Source of the DNA: an uncultured delta proteobacterium
GTDB taxonomy: Bacteria > Desulfobacterota > Zymogenia > Zymogenales > Zymogenaceae
Length of the DNA: 64,000 nt
Reading direction: 5' to 3'
Assembly: GCA_963792965.1 (NCBI GenBank)
Contig: CAWBYW010000007.1
Span: 416,001-480,000, forward strand
The notes below the pieces were generated by a model. That model was not told the DNA's origin. It worked only from the letters and a program-made list of their open reading frames with translations, and searched no databases. Positions 28,104 to 39,103 of the stretch are shown in pieces. The first letter of the stretch is position 1. Each line of letters starts with the position of its first letter. Both the position numbers and the translations under genes were made by a program.

Positions 28104-29375
28104 TTAATACTGGCTATTTTCTTTGCTGGGTGCCGTCGGTTTCGGAGAAAGGCCTTTCTTTTTCATCATCTCCTTGACCATGTCGCTGTTTGACTTGTAT
28201 TCCGACTTCGGATTTATCTCGAAGGCCTTGTCGAACTCGGCAAGCGCCTCGTTGAGCTTATCCATCTTGACGTAGAGCGCGCCAAGATTGTTGTGGGCCT
28301 TGTCATAATTAGGATCGATATTTATCGAGTAGAGATACTCCTTTTCGCCTTCCTTGAGCATCCCCTTGGCGACGTAAACGATGGCAAGGTTATAGTGATA
28401 GCGCGGGTTTTCAGGCGAAAGGTCGATGGCCTTCTCATAGTAGGATCGCGCCAGATCGTACTGCTTGATCTGGGAATAGACTTTGCCGAGGTTATAGTAG
28501 CCGTCGGAGAACTTCGGGTCGATGCCGACGGCGATCTTGAACTCTTCGGCGGCGGCCATGTAGTCGCCCGACTCAAGGAGTCTGCGCGCCCTTGAGGTTG
28601 TGGTCGTCGGCCGAGCCTTTCACGGTGCTCTGAAAACGCGCGAGGTTCGCCTCGAGGATCGGGTTATTCGGCGACTTGAGAAGCGCCCTGTTTTCGGTCT
28701 CGATAGCCAGATCGTACTTCCCCGCAAAGAAATACGCCTGTCCGAGGGTATCCAGCGCGACCACCGAATCCGGGTCTTTGTCGACGGCTTTCTTGGCGTA
28801 TTCGACCGCCTTCTCGCCGTCTTGATATGAAGGATTTTTCGCGTTGACGTAAAGGGCGCTCAGGCGGATATACGGATCGGGTGATCGTGAGCTCTTCTTG
28901 GCGGCCTTGAGATACTCCTCGACCGCCTTGGCGTACTCCATATTGTTGAAATCGTACAGGCCCTGATAGAGAAACAGCTTCGGGTTATCCGAATCGATTT
29001 TCTCGGCCTGATTGAGCATCATGAGCCCTTCCTGATCCAAGCCTTTCTCGATATATGCTCGCGCGATTCCAGGATAATGTCCTCATTTTTCGGGTCGAGG
29101 TCGAGCGCCGTCTTATATTGTTTGATCGCCTCATCGAATCTCCCAGTCTCCGCTAGGCATTCGCCGATGCCCAGATAGGCGGCAGATAGAGAGGGTTGTG
29201 CCTTGACCGCGTCATTAAACTGCTTGATCGCCTCGTCATACATCATCAGCCGGTAGTACTTCTCTCCCGCGGTGAGGGACCTGAAGGCGGCCGGAGAAAT
29301 GGTCGGTCCGCAGGAGGCGATAACAACGATTGCGCAGGCGATAGCGCAGATAATGAGGGCCGGTTTTATCTTCAT
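28104..29375 (-). CDS. TPR-repeat lipoprotein split into three ORFs by two indels (about 29068 and 28581)
   Basis: Lipobox VIAS-C; continuous TPR consensus; joins read IARAYIEKGLDQE and KGAQLLESGDYMAA after correction. Confidence 0.8.
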
Positions 29376-29401
29376 GGTATCCGAAAGAAACATGTGGTGA
29401 A

Positions 29402-29496
29402 TGGCGGAGAGAGAGGGATTCGAACCCTCGGTAGGAGTTAACCCCCTACACTCGCTTAGCAGGCGAGCGCCTTCAGCCGTGCTCGGCCATCTCTCC
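29402..29496 (-). tRNA. tRNA-Ser(GCT)
   Basis: GGAGAGATGGCCGAG...CTCGC-CTGCTAA-GCGAG, long variable arm, GGTTCGAATCC, 3' GCCA. Confidence 0.96.
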
Positions 29497-29548
29497 TTGG
29501 TAAATCTTCCGCTAACTCTACGGGGCCTGTTGCCCCTTTATCTCTATA

Positions 29549-29634
29549 TGGCGGAGGGAGTAGGATTCGAACCCACGGAACTTTCGTTCAGCGGTTTTCA
29601 AGACCGCCGCCTTAAGCCACTCGGCCATCCCTCC
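29549..29634 (-). tRNA. tRNA-Ser(TGA)
   Basis: GGAGGGATGGCCGAGTGG...GCGGT-CTTGAAA-ACCGC, variable arm, GGTTCGAATCC, 3' GCCA. Confidence 0.96.
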
Positions 29635-29685
29635 ATCGCATACGATGCCCTGACAAGGAAACTCTATCCCCCTCCTCGCCGTCTC

Positions 29686-30960
<1,275 letters not shown>

Positions 30961-30995
30961 GGTAAGAATGCACCCAAAAATATTAAACTTGTGTA

Positions 30996-31024
30996 TCGTA
31001 GCATTACGGGGTCAGATAGTCAAT
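30996..31024 (-). promoter_or_regulatory. Sigma70-type promoter of serS-tRNA unit
   Basis: TTGACT-17 nt-TACGAT with TG extension on minus strand. Confidence 0.65.
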
Positions 31025-31186
31025 ATTTTTTGTGAAATCAAGTCGGCGAGCCGCTTTCGAGGATTCTTTCTCTCACGGGCATTGGGTGAACCCTCCCCGG
31101 GCTTTTTACTCGGAGCGCGCGATTATCAGGAGCCGACAAACGTTGCCGGATGAAACCACGTCACGAATGGGAGGACAGACCAGCGC

Positions 31187-32221
31187 TCACTTTCGATATT
31201 TCCTCAGGATCTGGTATTCGTAGACCGCCCTATTGTGCTCCGAAAGCGTGCGCGAGAAATACGAGGTCCCGTCGTTCTTCGATACGAAATAGAGGTAGTC
31301 TGTGTCGGCGGGTGAAAGTGCAGCTGCGATCGCCGCCCGGCCCGGATTACAGATTGGGCTCGGCGGCAGGCCCGCGTTGCGGTACGTATTATAAGGGGTC
31401 CACGTCGCAAGGTCCTTCTCGGTCAGGTTGCCGTTAAACCTCTCCCATATCCCGTAGATGACCGTGGCACAGCTGTCAAGCTTCATCCCTTTATTCAGGC
31501 GGTTCGTAAATACCGCGGAGACGAGCGGACGCTCACTCGTGGCCGAGGTTTCCTTCTCTACGAGAGAGGCAAGGGTCACCGATTCGTAGTCGGTCAGCGT
31601 CGTCTTGTGCGCGCTCTTCTCCTTTTCCTGTTCAAAGACCTCACGGAAACGATCGACCATCATGGTGATGATCTCTCTTTCATGCATGCTCCGGTTAATC
31701 GTATAGGTATCCGGGAAAAGATATCCCTCCAGTATCGCGGCGTCTACTCCGAGCGACTCAATGAATTCCTTATCCTTCATGAGGCGCAGAAATTCTTCCT
31801 TGTCGACAAATCCCCTCGATGCCAGAAGGTCGGCCACTTGATAGATATTGAGCCCCTCCGGGATCGTTGCGTGATATTCGATCACGCGCCCCTTTATGAG
31901 CATAAGCAGAATATCCTTCGGTGACATGTCCGGCCTGATTTCGTATTCACCGACATGTATTTTCTTTTCAGCGCCGAGGTATCGAGCGGCCGTTATGAAA
32001 AGGACCTCATGGCTGATAACGCCCTTTTCCCTGAGGAGCCGCGCGGTATCGGAAAGAGTGTCCCCCTTCTCGATCTCCACAACAATCGGCTCTTTAAGCG
32101 TGCCGGCGGGTATGAGAAAGGTCCGATACGCAAACCAGACGCCGCCGGCCGCGCAAAGCACCAGGATACTAAGCGACAAGACGATTATTCTTTTCATTAT
32201 TTTCATTGATCCGTGCTTCAT
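31187..32221 (-). CDS. mltG: Endolytic transglycosylase MltG
   Basis: TIPEG, LEGYLFPDTY, LASLVEKET, PYNTY, GLPPSPICNPG, YLYFV. Confidence 0.95.
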   Translation of the reverse strand: MKHGSMKIMKRIIVLSLSILVLCAAGGVWFAYRTFLIPAGTLKEPIVVEIEKGDTLSDTARLLREKGVISHEVLFITAARYLGAEKKIHVGEYEIRPDMSPKDILLMLIKGRVIEYHATIPEGLNIYQVADLLASRGFVDKEEFLRLMKDKEFIESLGVDAAILEGYLFPDTYTINRSMHEREIITMMVDRFREVFEQEKEKSAHKTTLTDYESVTLASLVEKETSATSERPLVSAVFTNRLNKGMKLDSCATVIYGIWERFNGNLTEKDLATWTPYNTYRNAGLPPSPICNPGRAAIAAALSPADTDYLYFVSKNDGTSYFSRTLSEHNRAVYEYQILRKYRK

Positions 32222-32222
32222 A

Positions 32223-32690
32223 TTATTTCTCGTCGTCGGCCCGGGGAAACGACTGTCCGCCGCCGCTCCTGAGCCACTTTTCGAGGATAATCGCTGCGGC
32301 TATACTGTCGATAGATTTTCTCCTCTTTTTTCTCCCGATGTCAGCGCTGATCATGAGTCGCTCGGCCTCGCTGGTGGTGAGTCGCTCGTCCATATAAACC
32401 AGCGGGACGCTCGTCTTATTCCTGAGCTCCTTAGTAAACTCCTCGACCTTTTCTACGCGCTCTCCCCGGCTACCATCCATGTTGATCGGGAGCCCGATAA
32501 CGACCTTTCCGACCTCCCTTTCAATGACGATCTGAGCGATCGTGCTCGCGACGTCGCCTTTTCTCTCGATGGTCATGAGAGGCTGTGCGAAGGTGCCCAT
32601 CGGGTCGCTGATCGCAAGTCCGATCCTCTTGTCCCCCACGTCGAGCGCCAGGGTTCTCACACAAGCACCCGATGCCGAAAGCGTGGACAT
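32223..32690 (-). CDS. ruvX: RuvX/YqgF nuclease
   Basis: LALDVGDKRIGLA, GLP, DERLTT, IDSIAA. Confidence 0.93.
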   Translation of the reverse strand: MSTLSASGACVRTLALDVGDKRIGLAISDPMGTFAQPLMTIERKGDVASTIAQIVIEREVGKVVIGLPINMDGSRGERVEKVEEFTKELRNKTSVPLVYMDERLTTSEAERLMISADIGRKKRRKSIDSIAAAIILEKWLRSGGGQSFPRADDEK

Positions 32691-32766
32691 ACTGAAGCCG
32701 TTTCTTGTCCCGTCGCACTCACCGACGTTCCGAGGTCCCCGAGCGATGGCAGTCGATAACGCGTCT

Positions 32767-33615
32767 CTATTTTCCTCCGGTTGACGGCGGGACGTAGTCC
32801 TGAACCCATCTCTTTTCGAGCATTCCCAGTCTCCCGTCCCCCTTGAGAATCTCGAGGAAGTTGTTGACCCAGTTCAGCAGGTCGACGTCGCCCTTCCGCA
32901 TGCCGACGGCGATCGGCTCAAAAGTGAACGGCTCCAACAGCGCGATGGTGTTCCTTGGGTATTTCTTTGCAAAGAGAAATATCTTCGTTTTTTCGGCGAT
33001 ATAGGCTTTTGCTCTTCCCTCGATGACCTCGCGCACCGCGTCCTCGTCGTTGTCAAACCTGATGACCTGCGCGTCGGGGATATACCGATCCAGTACCATA
33101 TCGTCGGAAAACGTGGTCGTCACCGGCGTATCCTTTCGGTTGAGATCTCGATAGGTATCGATTCGTGCCGCATCGTTGATATTGATCAATAGACTCTTTC
33201 CCGAAAGATAGTATGGTGCGGAGAAATTGATCGCCTTGTTGCGCTCCATCGTAACGGACATAGCCGAGATAAGGAGATCGAACTTGCTGTCGACCAGCGC
33301 GGGGATAATGCCGTCCCAGTTCGTTTGCACGATCTCAAGGGTTACCCCCAATTCATCGGCCATCATTCGTGCCAGGTCCACGTCAAAGCCGACGATTTCG
33401 CCGTTTGCATTCTTCATTTCGAACGGTTGGTACCTGATATCCGAGACATCCATCCCCACCATGAGCTTTCCCCGCTGCATTATGGCGGTCAGGTCCGAGC
33501 TTGCCGCGATTGTGTCCGGATTTACGGAAAGGCTACCGTTATTTTTTCGTGAGCAGGAAAGAATACTCACACAGACCACAACGATGGAAATCACGACACC
33601 AATATTTCTATACAT
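32767..33615 (-). CDS. Amino-acid ABC substrate-binding lipoprotein
   Basis: Lipobox ILS-C, PFE, GFDVDLA, WDGIIPAL, FSAPY. Confidence 0.9.
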   Translation of the reverse strand: MYRNIGVVISIVVVCVSILSCSRKNNGSLSVNPDTIAASSDLTAIMQRGKLMVGMDVSDIRYQPFEMKNANGEIVGFDVDLARMMADELGVTLEIVQTNWDGIIPALVDSKFDLLISAMSVTMERNKAINFSAPYYLSGKSLLININDAARIDTYRDLNRKDTPVTTTFSDDMVLDRYIPDAQVIRFDNDEDAVREVIEGRAKAYIAEKTKIFLFAKKYPRNTIALLEPFTFEPIAVGMRKGDVDLLNWVNNFLEILKGDGRLGMLEKRWVQDYVPPSTGGK

Positions 33616-33825
33616 TTTTCAACCTTGATTTCTTCGTACGCGATATGGGGATAAAGCGGCCGATATCGGAGAAGCCAAGAAGCGGAGAGGTTCACATTCC
33701 ACGATATTTCAATAGATTATTCCAATCTTTCCGAGCTCGGGGAACCGTACCTTCTTTTCTCTGTCCGTTTCCGGTCTTGCATACCTCTCCCCTCTTTCCC
33801 TCGTCCCCTTCCCATAGTTGACCTG

Positions 33826-34560
33826 CTACAGAATCTGGCTCAGGAAGAGTTTTGCTCGGTCCGTCTTCGGGTTAAGGAAGAAATCGTCTGGTTTCCCTTC
33901 CTCGACAATTCTTCCGTCGTCCATGAAGATAACGCGGTCCCCCACCTCCCGGGCAAATCCCATTTCATGGGTTACGACCACCATCGTCATCCCCTCCCGC
34001 GCCAATGACTTCATGACGTCGAGAACCTCGCCGATCATTTCCGGGTCCAGCGCGGATGTCGGTTCATCAAAGAGCATGATCTTGGGCTGCATGGCAAGCG
34101 CCCGCGCAATGGCCACGCGCTGCTGCTGGCCGCCTGAGAGCTTGGGGGGGTACACGTTGGCCTTATCGAAGATGCCGACCTTTTCCAGAAGCTCATTGGC
34201 AATCCTCATTGACTCATCAAACGTCCGCTTTCTGACCACCAATTGTGCGAGGGTGATGTTTTCCATGACGGTCTTGTGGGGAAAGAGGTTGAAATGCTGA
34301 AAGACCATCCCGATTTCCTCGCGTACCTCATGGATCTTGCACTTTGGGTCACAGACGTCGACGCCGTCGACTGTAATGCTGCCCCGGTCTATCTGTTCCA
34401 ACTGGTTGATGCAGCGCAGGAATGTCGATTTTCCCGAACCGGACGGCCCGCACGCTACGACGACCTCGCCGGGGTAGATATCGGCCGAGACGTCCTGAAG
34501 CGCCCGGACGTGGCCGAAGTTTTTATAGACGTTCTTTATCTTAATGATCGGTTCTGCCAC
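33826..34560 (-). CDS. Polar amino-acid ABC ATP-binding protein (GlnQ-like)
   Basis: [34 protein letters not shown]. Confidence 0.95.
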   Translation of the reverse strand: MAEPIIKIKNVYKNFGHVRALQDVSADIYPGEVVVACGPSGSGKSTFLRCINQLEQIDRGSITVDGVDVCDPKCKIHEVREEIGMVFQHFNLFPHKTVMENITLAQLVVRKRTFDESMRIANELLEKVGIFDKANVYPPKLSGGQQQRVAIARALAMQPKIMLFDEPTSALDPEMIGEVLDVMKSLAREGMTMVVVTHEMGFAREVGDRVIFMDDGRIVEEGKPDDFFLNPKTDRAKLFLSQIL

Positions 34561-34583
34561 AGTTGTTCCTCTTCCCTATTTAG

Positions 34584-36377
34584 TTACTCCGTTGCCATGA
34601 TCTTTTCCATGTTCCAGACGACTTTTGAAAGGATCAGGGTGATAACGAGGTAGATGAGCGCTACCATCGTATAGGCCTGAAACGCGACGAAATAGACCGC
34701 CGTAAATTCCCGGCCGAGACGGAGGATATCCGCAACTGCTATAATCGATACCAATGATGAGTCTTTCAAAAGTGCGATGAAGTCATTGCCGACCGGCGGC
34801 AGGATTACCTTAACCGCCTGAGGCAGGATGACCTGGCGCATCGTCTGGTAGTTTGTCATTCCGAGGGATTTGGCCGCTTCGACCTGTCCCTTGGAAATGG
34901 ATTGGATCCCCGCCCGGAAGGTTTCTGCCAGGTAGGCTCCGTAACACCACGACATGGCGGTGATCGCCGACACGAGCGGAGGGAGATTGAGGAGGCTGCC
35001 CAGCCCAAAGTGGATGTAGAACAACTGAACCAGGAGCGGTACTCCACGCACGACCTCTACGTAGACCGAGGCGATGCCTTTAATAAAGGCGTTCTTGGAC
35101 AGCTTCCCAAGGCCGGCAAGCATTCCCAACATGAGCGCAATAAACATGGCGGCGATCGTTACCTCGAAGGTCACCACGATGCCGGGGATTACGAACGAAA
35201 ATACGTTACTGTACGGCCACGGGTAGAACTCGATGAGAATAATTATCGTCGCAATCGCGGCAAATAGAGAGACCCGCCAGGCGTTGTACGTGTCCATGTA
35301 GATCGAATGCTTAAACGCCCCCATCTTCACTTCATGGCTGACCTGGATTTTCTCGAGCTCCCGGTTTATCCTCCAAAGCAGGATACAAACGACCGCCGCA
35401 AAAATAAACAAGATGCAGCCGATTACGAAACTCGGAGATATAATCCCCTGAACGTTACCGGCAAAGAACTTATCGAAAAACTTAAAAAGTGCGAGCCCAA
35501 ACTTCGACCGCGCTCCTACCACCTCCAACTCTTCGGTTACGATCTTCCTGAGCATGGGAATATCAAAACCCGAGATGTAGACGGATACCCTTATGAGGAA
35601 TTCTTTGATATGCCAGCCCGTAAACCAGTCCCAAAGGTTACGGGTGAAGATAATTCCAAATCCTATAAGAAAATAGATCGCGTTCCTGTAGATGTGAGAC
35701 ATCTCGGAGATCTTCTTGATCTCCTCGGTGTTGAGCATGATTATTTCTTTTCGACGGATCGGGATTTTCATGAAGAAGAGGTAATGGAATGCGGCGATGA
35801 GCCACACGACGATTGTGGCCATCAAGAGGTAAAAGACAACGTGAAAGGTGAAGCTCAGGGGCAATATCCTGAAATTGATCCCAAAGTAGATGGTATTACC
35901 GGAGATAACGTCTGACATGAGATAGGGAAAAGGCCCCTTTTCATTGAGGTCGGAAATCCCCGAGCCGACGACAAGGGTATAAATAAAAATAGCAGCAATA
36001 GAGAGGACTATCGCGATATTAATAATACTCAGGTACTTCTTGGCCGCGTATTTCCTCTTCAAAAGGAGGTTCGCCGCCGCAACTATCGGAACCAGCATGA
36101 TAATGATAAACCCGATGACGAGCCCGGGCCGTAGCTCCCACATGATAGCCCGGTAGGCCTGTTCGGAAATCTTATCGAAAACGGCAATAGTGCTTGAGGC
36201 GTACGCGGAGATCATCAGGAAGAAATAGAACGCAATACCGATGATTCCGAGGAAGATATGAAAGGTTACAAGGCGTTCCTTGTTGGTCTTTTCAATTCCG
36301 CTCTGGTTCACGAGATCCATTAACAGCCAGAGCCAGAAGACGAGGTACGATATCGCAATAAGGCTGATCGCGGTCAT
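34584..36377 (-). CDS. Amino-acid ABC permease with long N-terminal multi-TM extension
   Basis: C-terminal RGVPLLVQL, AYLAETFRAGI, GQVEAAKSLG, LLKDSSL; about 380 extra N-terminal residues. Confidence 0.9.
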   Translation of the reverse strand: MTAISLIAISYLVFWLWLLMDLVNQSGIEKTNKERLVTFHIFLGIIGIAFYFFLMISAYASSTIAVFDKISEQAYRAIMWELRPGLVIGFIIIMLVPIVAAANLLLKRKYAAKKYLSIINIAIVLSIAAIFIYTLVVGSGISDLNEKGPFPYLMSDVISGNTIYFGINFRILPLSFTFHVVFYLLMATIVVWLIAAFHYLFFMKIPIRRKEIIMLNTEEIKKISEMSHIYRNAIYFLIGFGIIFTRNLWDWFTGWHIKEFLIRVSVYISGFDIPMLRKIVTEELEVVGARSKFGLALFKFFDKFFAGNVQGIISPSFVIGCILFIFAAVVCILLWRINRELEKIQVSHEVKMGAFKHSIYMDTYNAWRVSLFAAIATIIILIEFYPWPYSNVFSFVIPGIVVTFEVTIAAMFIALMLGMLAGLGKLSKNAFIKGIASVYVEVVRGVPLLVQLFYIHFGLGSLLNLPPLVSAITAMSWCYGAYLAETFRAGIQSISKGQVEAAKSLGMTNYQTMRQVILPQAVKVILPPVGNDFIALLKDSSLVSIIAVADILRLGREFTAVYFVAFQAYTMVALIYLVITLILSKVVWNMEKIMATE

Positions 36378-36397
36378 GGCATTTTCCGGATTGAGAC

Positions 36398-36428
36398 AAA
36401 AAAAGAGGCGGGGCTTAAAGCCCCGCCC
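36398..36428 (-). terminator. Intrinsic terminator between binding-protein and permease genes
   Basis: GGCGGGGCT-TTA-AGCCCCGCC followed by TCTTTTTTT on minus strand. Confidence 0.8.
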
Positions 36429-36445
36429 GTGTTATCCTGCTGATA

Positions 36446-37246
36446 TTATTTCAGTTTCCACTTCGCTTCTAACTCGGCGATCTTTTCGGGGGTCACACCC
36501 TTAAGGCCCTTGTTCATCAGATCGACAACCTTGGCGTTGCCCTTCTTGATGCAGATGCCATAGGGCTCCGGCTTGTCGTTAACCCTCGGATTGGTCACGA
36601 CCAGCTTGTCCTTGTAGGACGGATTCACGAGGGCGTAGTTGAATGCGACGGGATGGTCGCACACGACCGCGTCGACATCGCCCTTAAGGAGGGCCTCGAT
36701 GGCAAGGCCGTTGTCGTCATAGTTTACGAGCTTGACGTTGGGATCCTTGCCCACGAAGATGGCGCCGGTGGTCCCGATCTGGGCGCCGACCTTCTTTCCC
36801 TTCAGATCGGCAAGGCTCTTATACTTTTCACCGTCGACCTTGCGAACGATAAGGGCCTGGTAGATCGTGTAGTACGGATCGGAGAAATCGTAGGTCTGTT
36901 TCCGCTCGTCGGTGATGCTCACCGAGGAGATGACCGCATCGTAGTTTTTGTTATCAAGGCCAACGAATATGCCGTCCCAGGGGGTATTGACGAATTCGAC
37001 TTCAAACCCTGCGTTCTTTGCGATCTCTTTCATGAGGTCGATATCGAACCCGACGATCTCGCCCGTCGCGGCATCAACGGACTCAAAGGGCGGATATGCG
37101 GCGTCGGTGGCGACCTTCAGCTTAAGATTCTCGCCGACGGCGGTGGGGGTCATCACTTTCCCGCTGGGTTTGCAGCCCTGGAGTACGAGAGAGACGCCCA
37201 AGGCCATTACGGCCACGAGCAAAAGTGCGATAAGTTTCCTGTTCAT
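36446..37246 (-). CDS. Amino-acid ABC substrate-binding lipoprotein
   Basis: Lipobox LQG-C, DAAYPPFE, GFDIDL, GAQIGTTG. Confidence 0.93.
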   Translation of the reverse strand: MNRKLIALLLVAVMALGVSLVLQGCKPSGKVMTPTAVGENLKLKVATDAAYPPFESVDAATGEIVGFDIDLMKEIAKNAGFEVEFVNTPWDGIFVGLDNKNYDAVISSVSITDERKQTYDFSDPYYTIYQALIVRKVDGEKYKSLADLKGKKVGAQIGTTGAIFVGKDPNVKLVNYDDNGLAIEALLKGDVDAVVCDHPVAFNYALVNPSYKDKLVVTNPRVNDKPEPYGICIKKGNAKVVDLMNKGLKGVTPEKIAELEAKWKLK

Positions 37247-37443
37247 ACACTACTCTCCTCAAATAGTTAGTTTTTCTTTTGACCTTAGTCCATAAGACAG
37301 AACGAGGTTTAAAAAAAGAAAGTTCGTCTCAATTTCCTAAAATATCAATATATTCCGTCAATGTCAATACTTATTTGTACATAGTTCCCATTTTCTAAGG
37401 TAAGAGTTATCAATAATATCTCGATTCTTATCCACCTTTGGCC

Positions 37444-38154
37444 CTAATTATGCAATCTTTCGACCAATTTTGCGAGATTTCCGACCAGGATGCCAACCAT
37501 CCTATCTCCCTTCTCGCGGGACGCCTTTGTCGGATCACCCCAGACCCCGGACTTCCAATGCTCTCTTGTGTCTCGAACCAGCACCGGTCGAGGAAAGGCG
37601 GGCCAGTCCGCTGCGGGAAGCTCCCCGACTAAATCCGGCGCCAGCGCCATAATGAGGGACGTCTCGAACTCGCCCGCGTGTGAATCACCCTTCGTCTGAA
37701 GGATCTCGAAAAACTCCTTATCGCACAGATCGAGGTCTGTAATCACCGCGCATGAAATATCCTCATAGAGACCCATGAGCTCGTCGGCCGCTTCCAGGAG
37801 TGCCGCCATGTGGTTCATACCCGCGTGGCCGGAGTAAAGGATGAAGTTTTTCATTCCGTGTGAATGGAGCGCGTCTATCACGTCCCCCACGAGCGCCGTT
37901 AACGTGGAGGAGCGGATCCCTATCGTGCCGGGAAAAGATGCGGTGCTCCGGCAGACACCAAAGTTTATCGGAGGGGCCACAAAGCAAGGAATCAGCCGCG
38001 CGGTGCGCTTGGCGATCTCGTAGGCGTGAAAGATGTCGGTGTGCATCGGGAGGTGGGGCCCGTGTTCCTCGATCGATCCGAGGGGAACGATAACAGTCCG
38101 ACTCTTCTTCAGTCCCTCGGCAAACGCCTCGGTGGTCATGCTCTCAATAATCAT
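37444..38154 (-). CDS. Creatininase family protein
   Basis: PLGSIEEHGPHLPMHTD, GHAGMN, HAGEFETS, GVWGDP. Confidence 0.92.
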   Translation of the reverse strand: MIIESMTTEAFAEGLKKSRTVIVPLGSIEEHGPHLPMHTDIFHAYEIAKRTARLIPCFVAPPINFGVCRSTASFPGTIGIRSSTLTALVGDVIDALHSHGMKNFILYSGHAGMNHMAALLEAADELMGLYEDISCAVITDLDLCDKEFFEILQTKGDSHAGEFETSLIMALAPDLVGELPAADWPAFPRPVLVRDTREHWKSGVWGDPTKASREKGDRMVGILVGNLAKLVERLHN

Positions 38155-38234
38155 ATCTTCTCCCCTCCATCCACGCAAAGACTCCAATCCTGCGTCCCCT
38201 TTCCCGCCGACAAGGACCCCTCGGCCGTGTGCCT

Positions 38235-39002
38235 CTACGCCGTCGTTCCTCCGTCCAGCATAATGACCGAGCCGGTCATGAAGCTCGATGCTTCGGAGGC
38301 GAGGTAGACGGCCGCTCCGACCACCTCTTCGGGCTCACCGATTCGTCGCATCGGATTGGAGAGCTCGATCTGCTTCTTCAGATCGGCATTGCTCCAGAGG
38401 GGCTCTGAAAATTTCGTCTTGATCATCGCCAGCGCTATGGCGTTGACCTGGATGTTGTATGGAGCCAGCTCCACCGCGAGGTTCTTCGTCAGCATCTCGA
38501 CGCCCGCCTTGGCGACCCCATAGATGCCCAGCCCCGGGGTGGCTCTCCTGGCGGCGACGGTGCTGATATTGATGATCTTGCCCCTCTGCGCCGCCTTCAT
38601 CATCTTTGCTGCCCTCTGGCTGACCAGAAAGACCGCCTTGAGGTTCACGTCGATGATCTTTTCCCAGAGTGACAGGTCGGCGTCCACGATGCTCGGGGTG
38701 AAGATATTCATGCCGACGTTATTGACCACGATATCAAGCCCCCCGATCTCGGTGGAGATCTGGGCAAACAGGTTATCAATATCCGGGACGTTGCCGAGAT
38801 GGGCGGCCGTCGCCATTACCTTTGCCCCTTTTGCCTCAATCTTTTCCTTGGCCGCCGCCAGCGTATCCTGTTTCCTGCCGCAAATTACGATCGAGGCGGC
38901 GCCGGCCTCGGCAAACCCGAGGGCGATCGCCAGGCCGATCCCCCGACTTCCTCCGGTGATCAGCGCCCGTTTTCCCTTAAGCGAGAAGATATCACTATTC
39001 AC
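38235..39002 (-). CDS. Short-chain dehydrogenase/reductase
   Basis: TGGSRGIG, NNVG, YGVAK, DGG. Confidence 0.93.
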   Translation of the reverse strand: MNSDIFSLKGKRALITGGSRGIGLAIALGFAEAGAASIVICGRKQDTLAAAKEKIEAKGAKVMATAAHLGNVPDIDNLFAQISTEIGGLDIVVNNVGMNIFTPSIVDADLSLWEKIIDVNLKAVFLVSQRAAKMMKAAQRGKIINISTVAARRATPGLGIYGVAKAGVEMLTKNLAVELAPYNIQVNAIALAMIKTKFSEPLWSNADLKKQIELSNPMRRIGEPEEVVGAAVYLASEASSFMTGSVIMLDGGTTA

Positions 39003-39103
39003 TCCGCACCCTCCGGTTATGTGTCATAAGAGGTCCTGTCCCTTGTATCACCGATTCGGATAAATTTCAAATTCTTTTTACCCCGGCGGCTTTTTGAGGA
39101 CGC

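Noticed and set aside
29380-29640. Genomic island integrated at tRNA-Ser
   Set aside because: No duplicated tRNA 3' end or integrase was seen, and the flanking genes have host-like composition.
31042-31137. T-box, guanidine-I (ykkC) riboswitch or hammerhead ribozyme
   Set aside because: Only fragments match (AAAAGCCCGGGG; CTGATAA...GAAA). The required flanking motifs are absent and the element lies upstream of the serS promoter.
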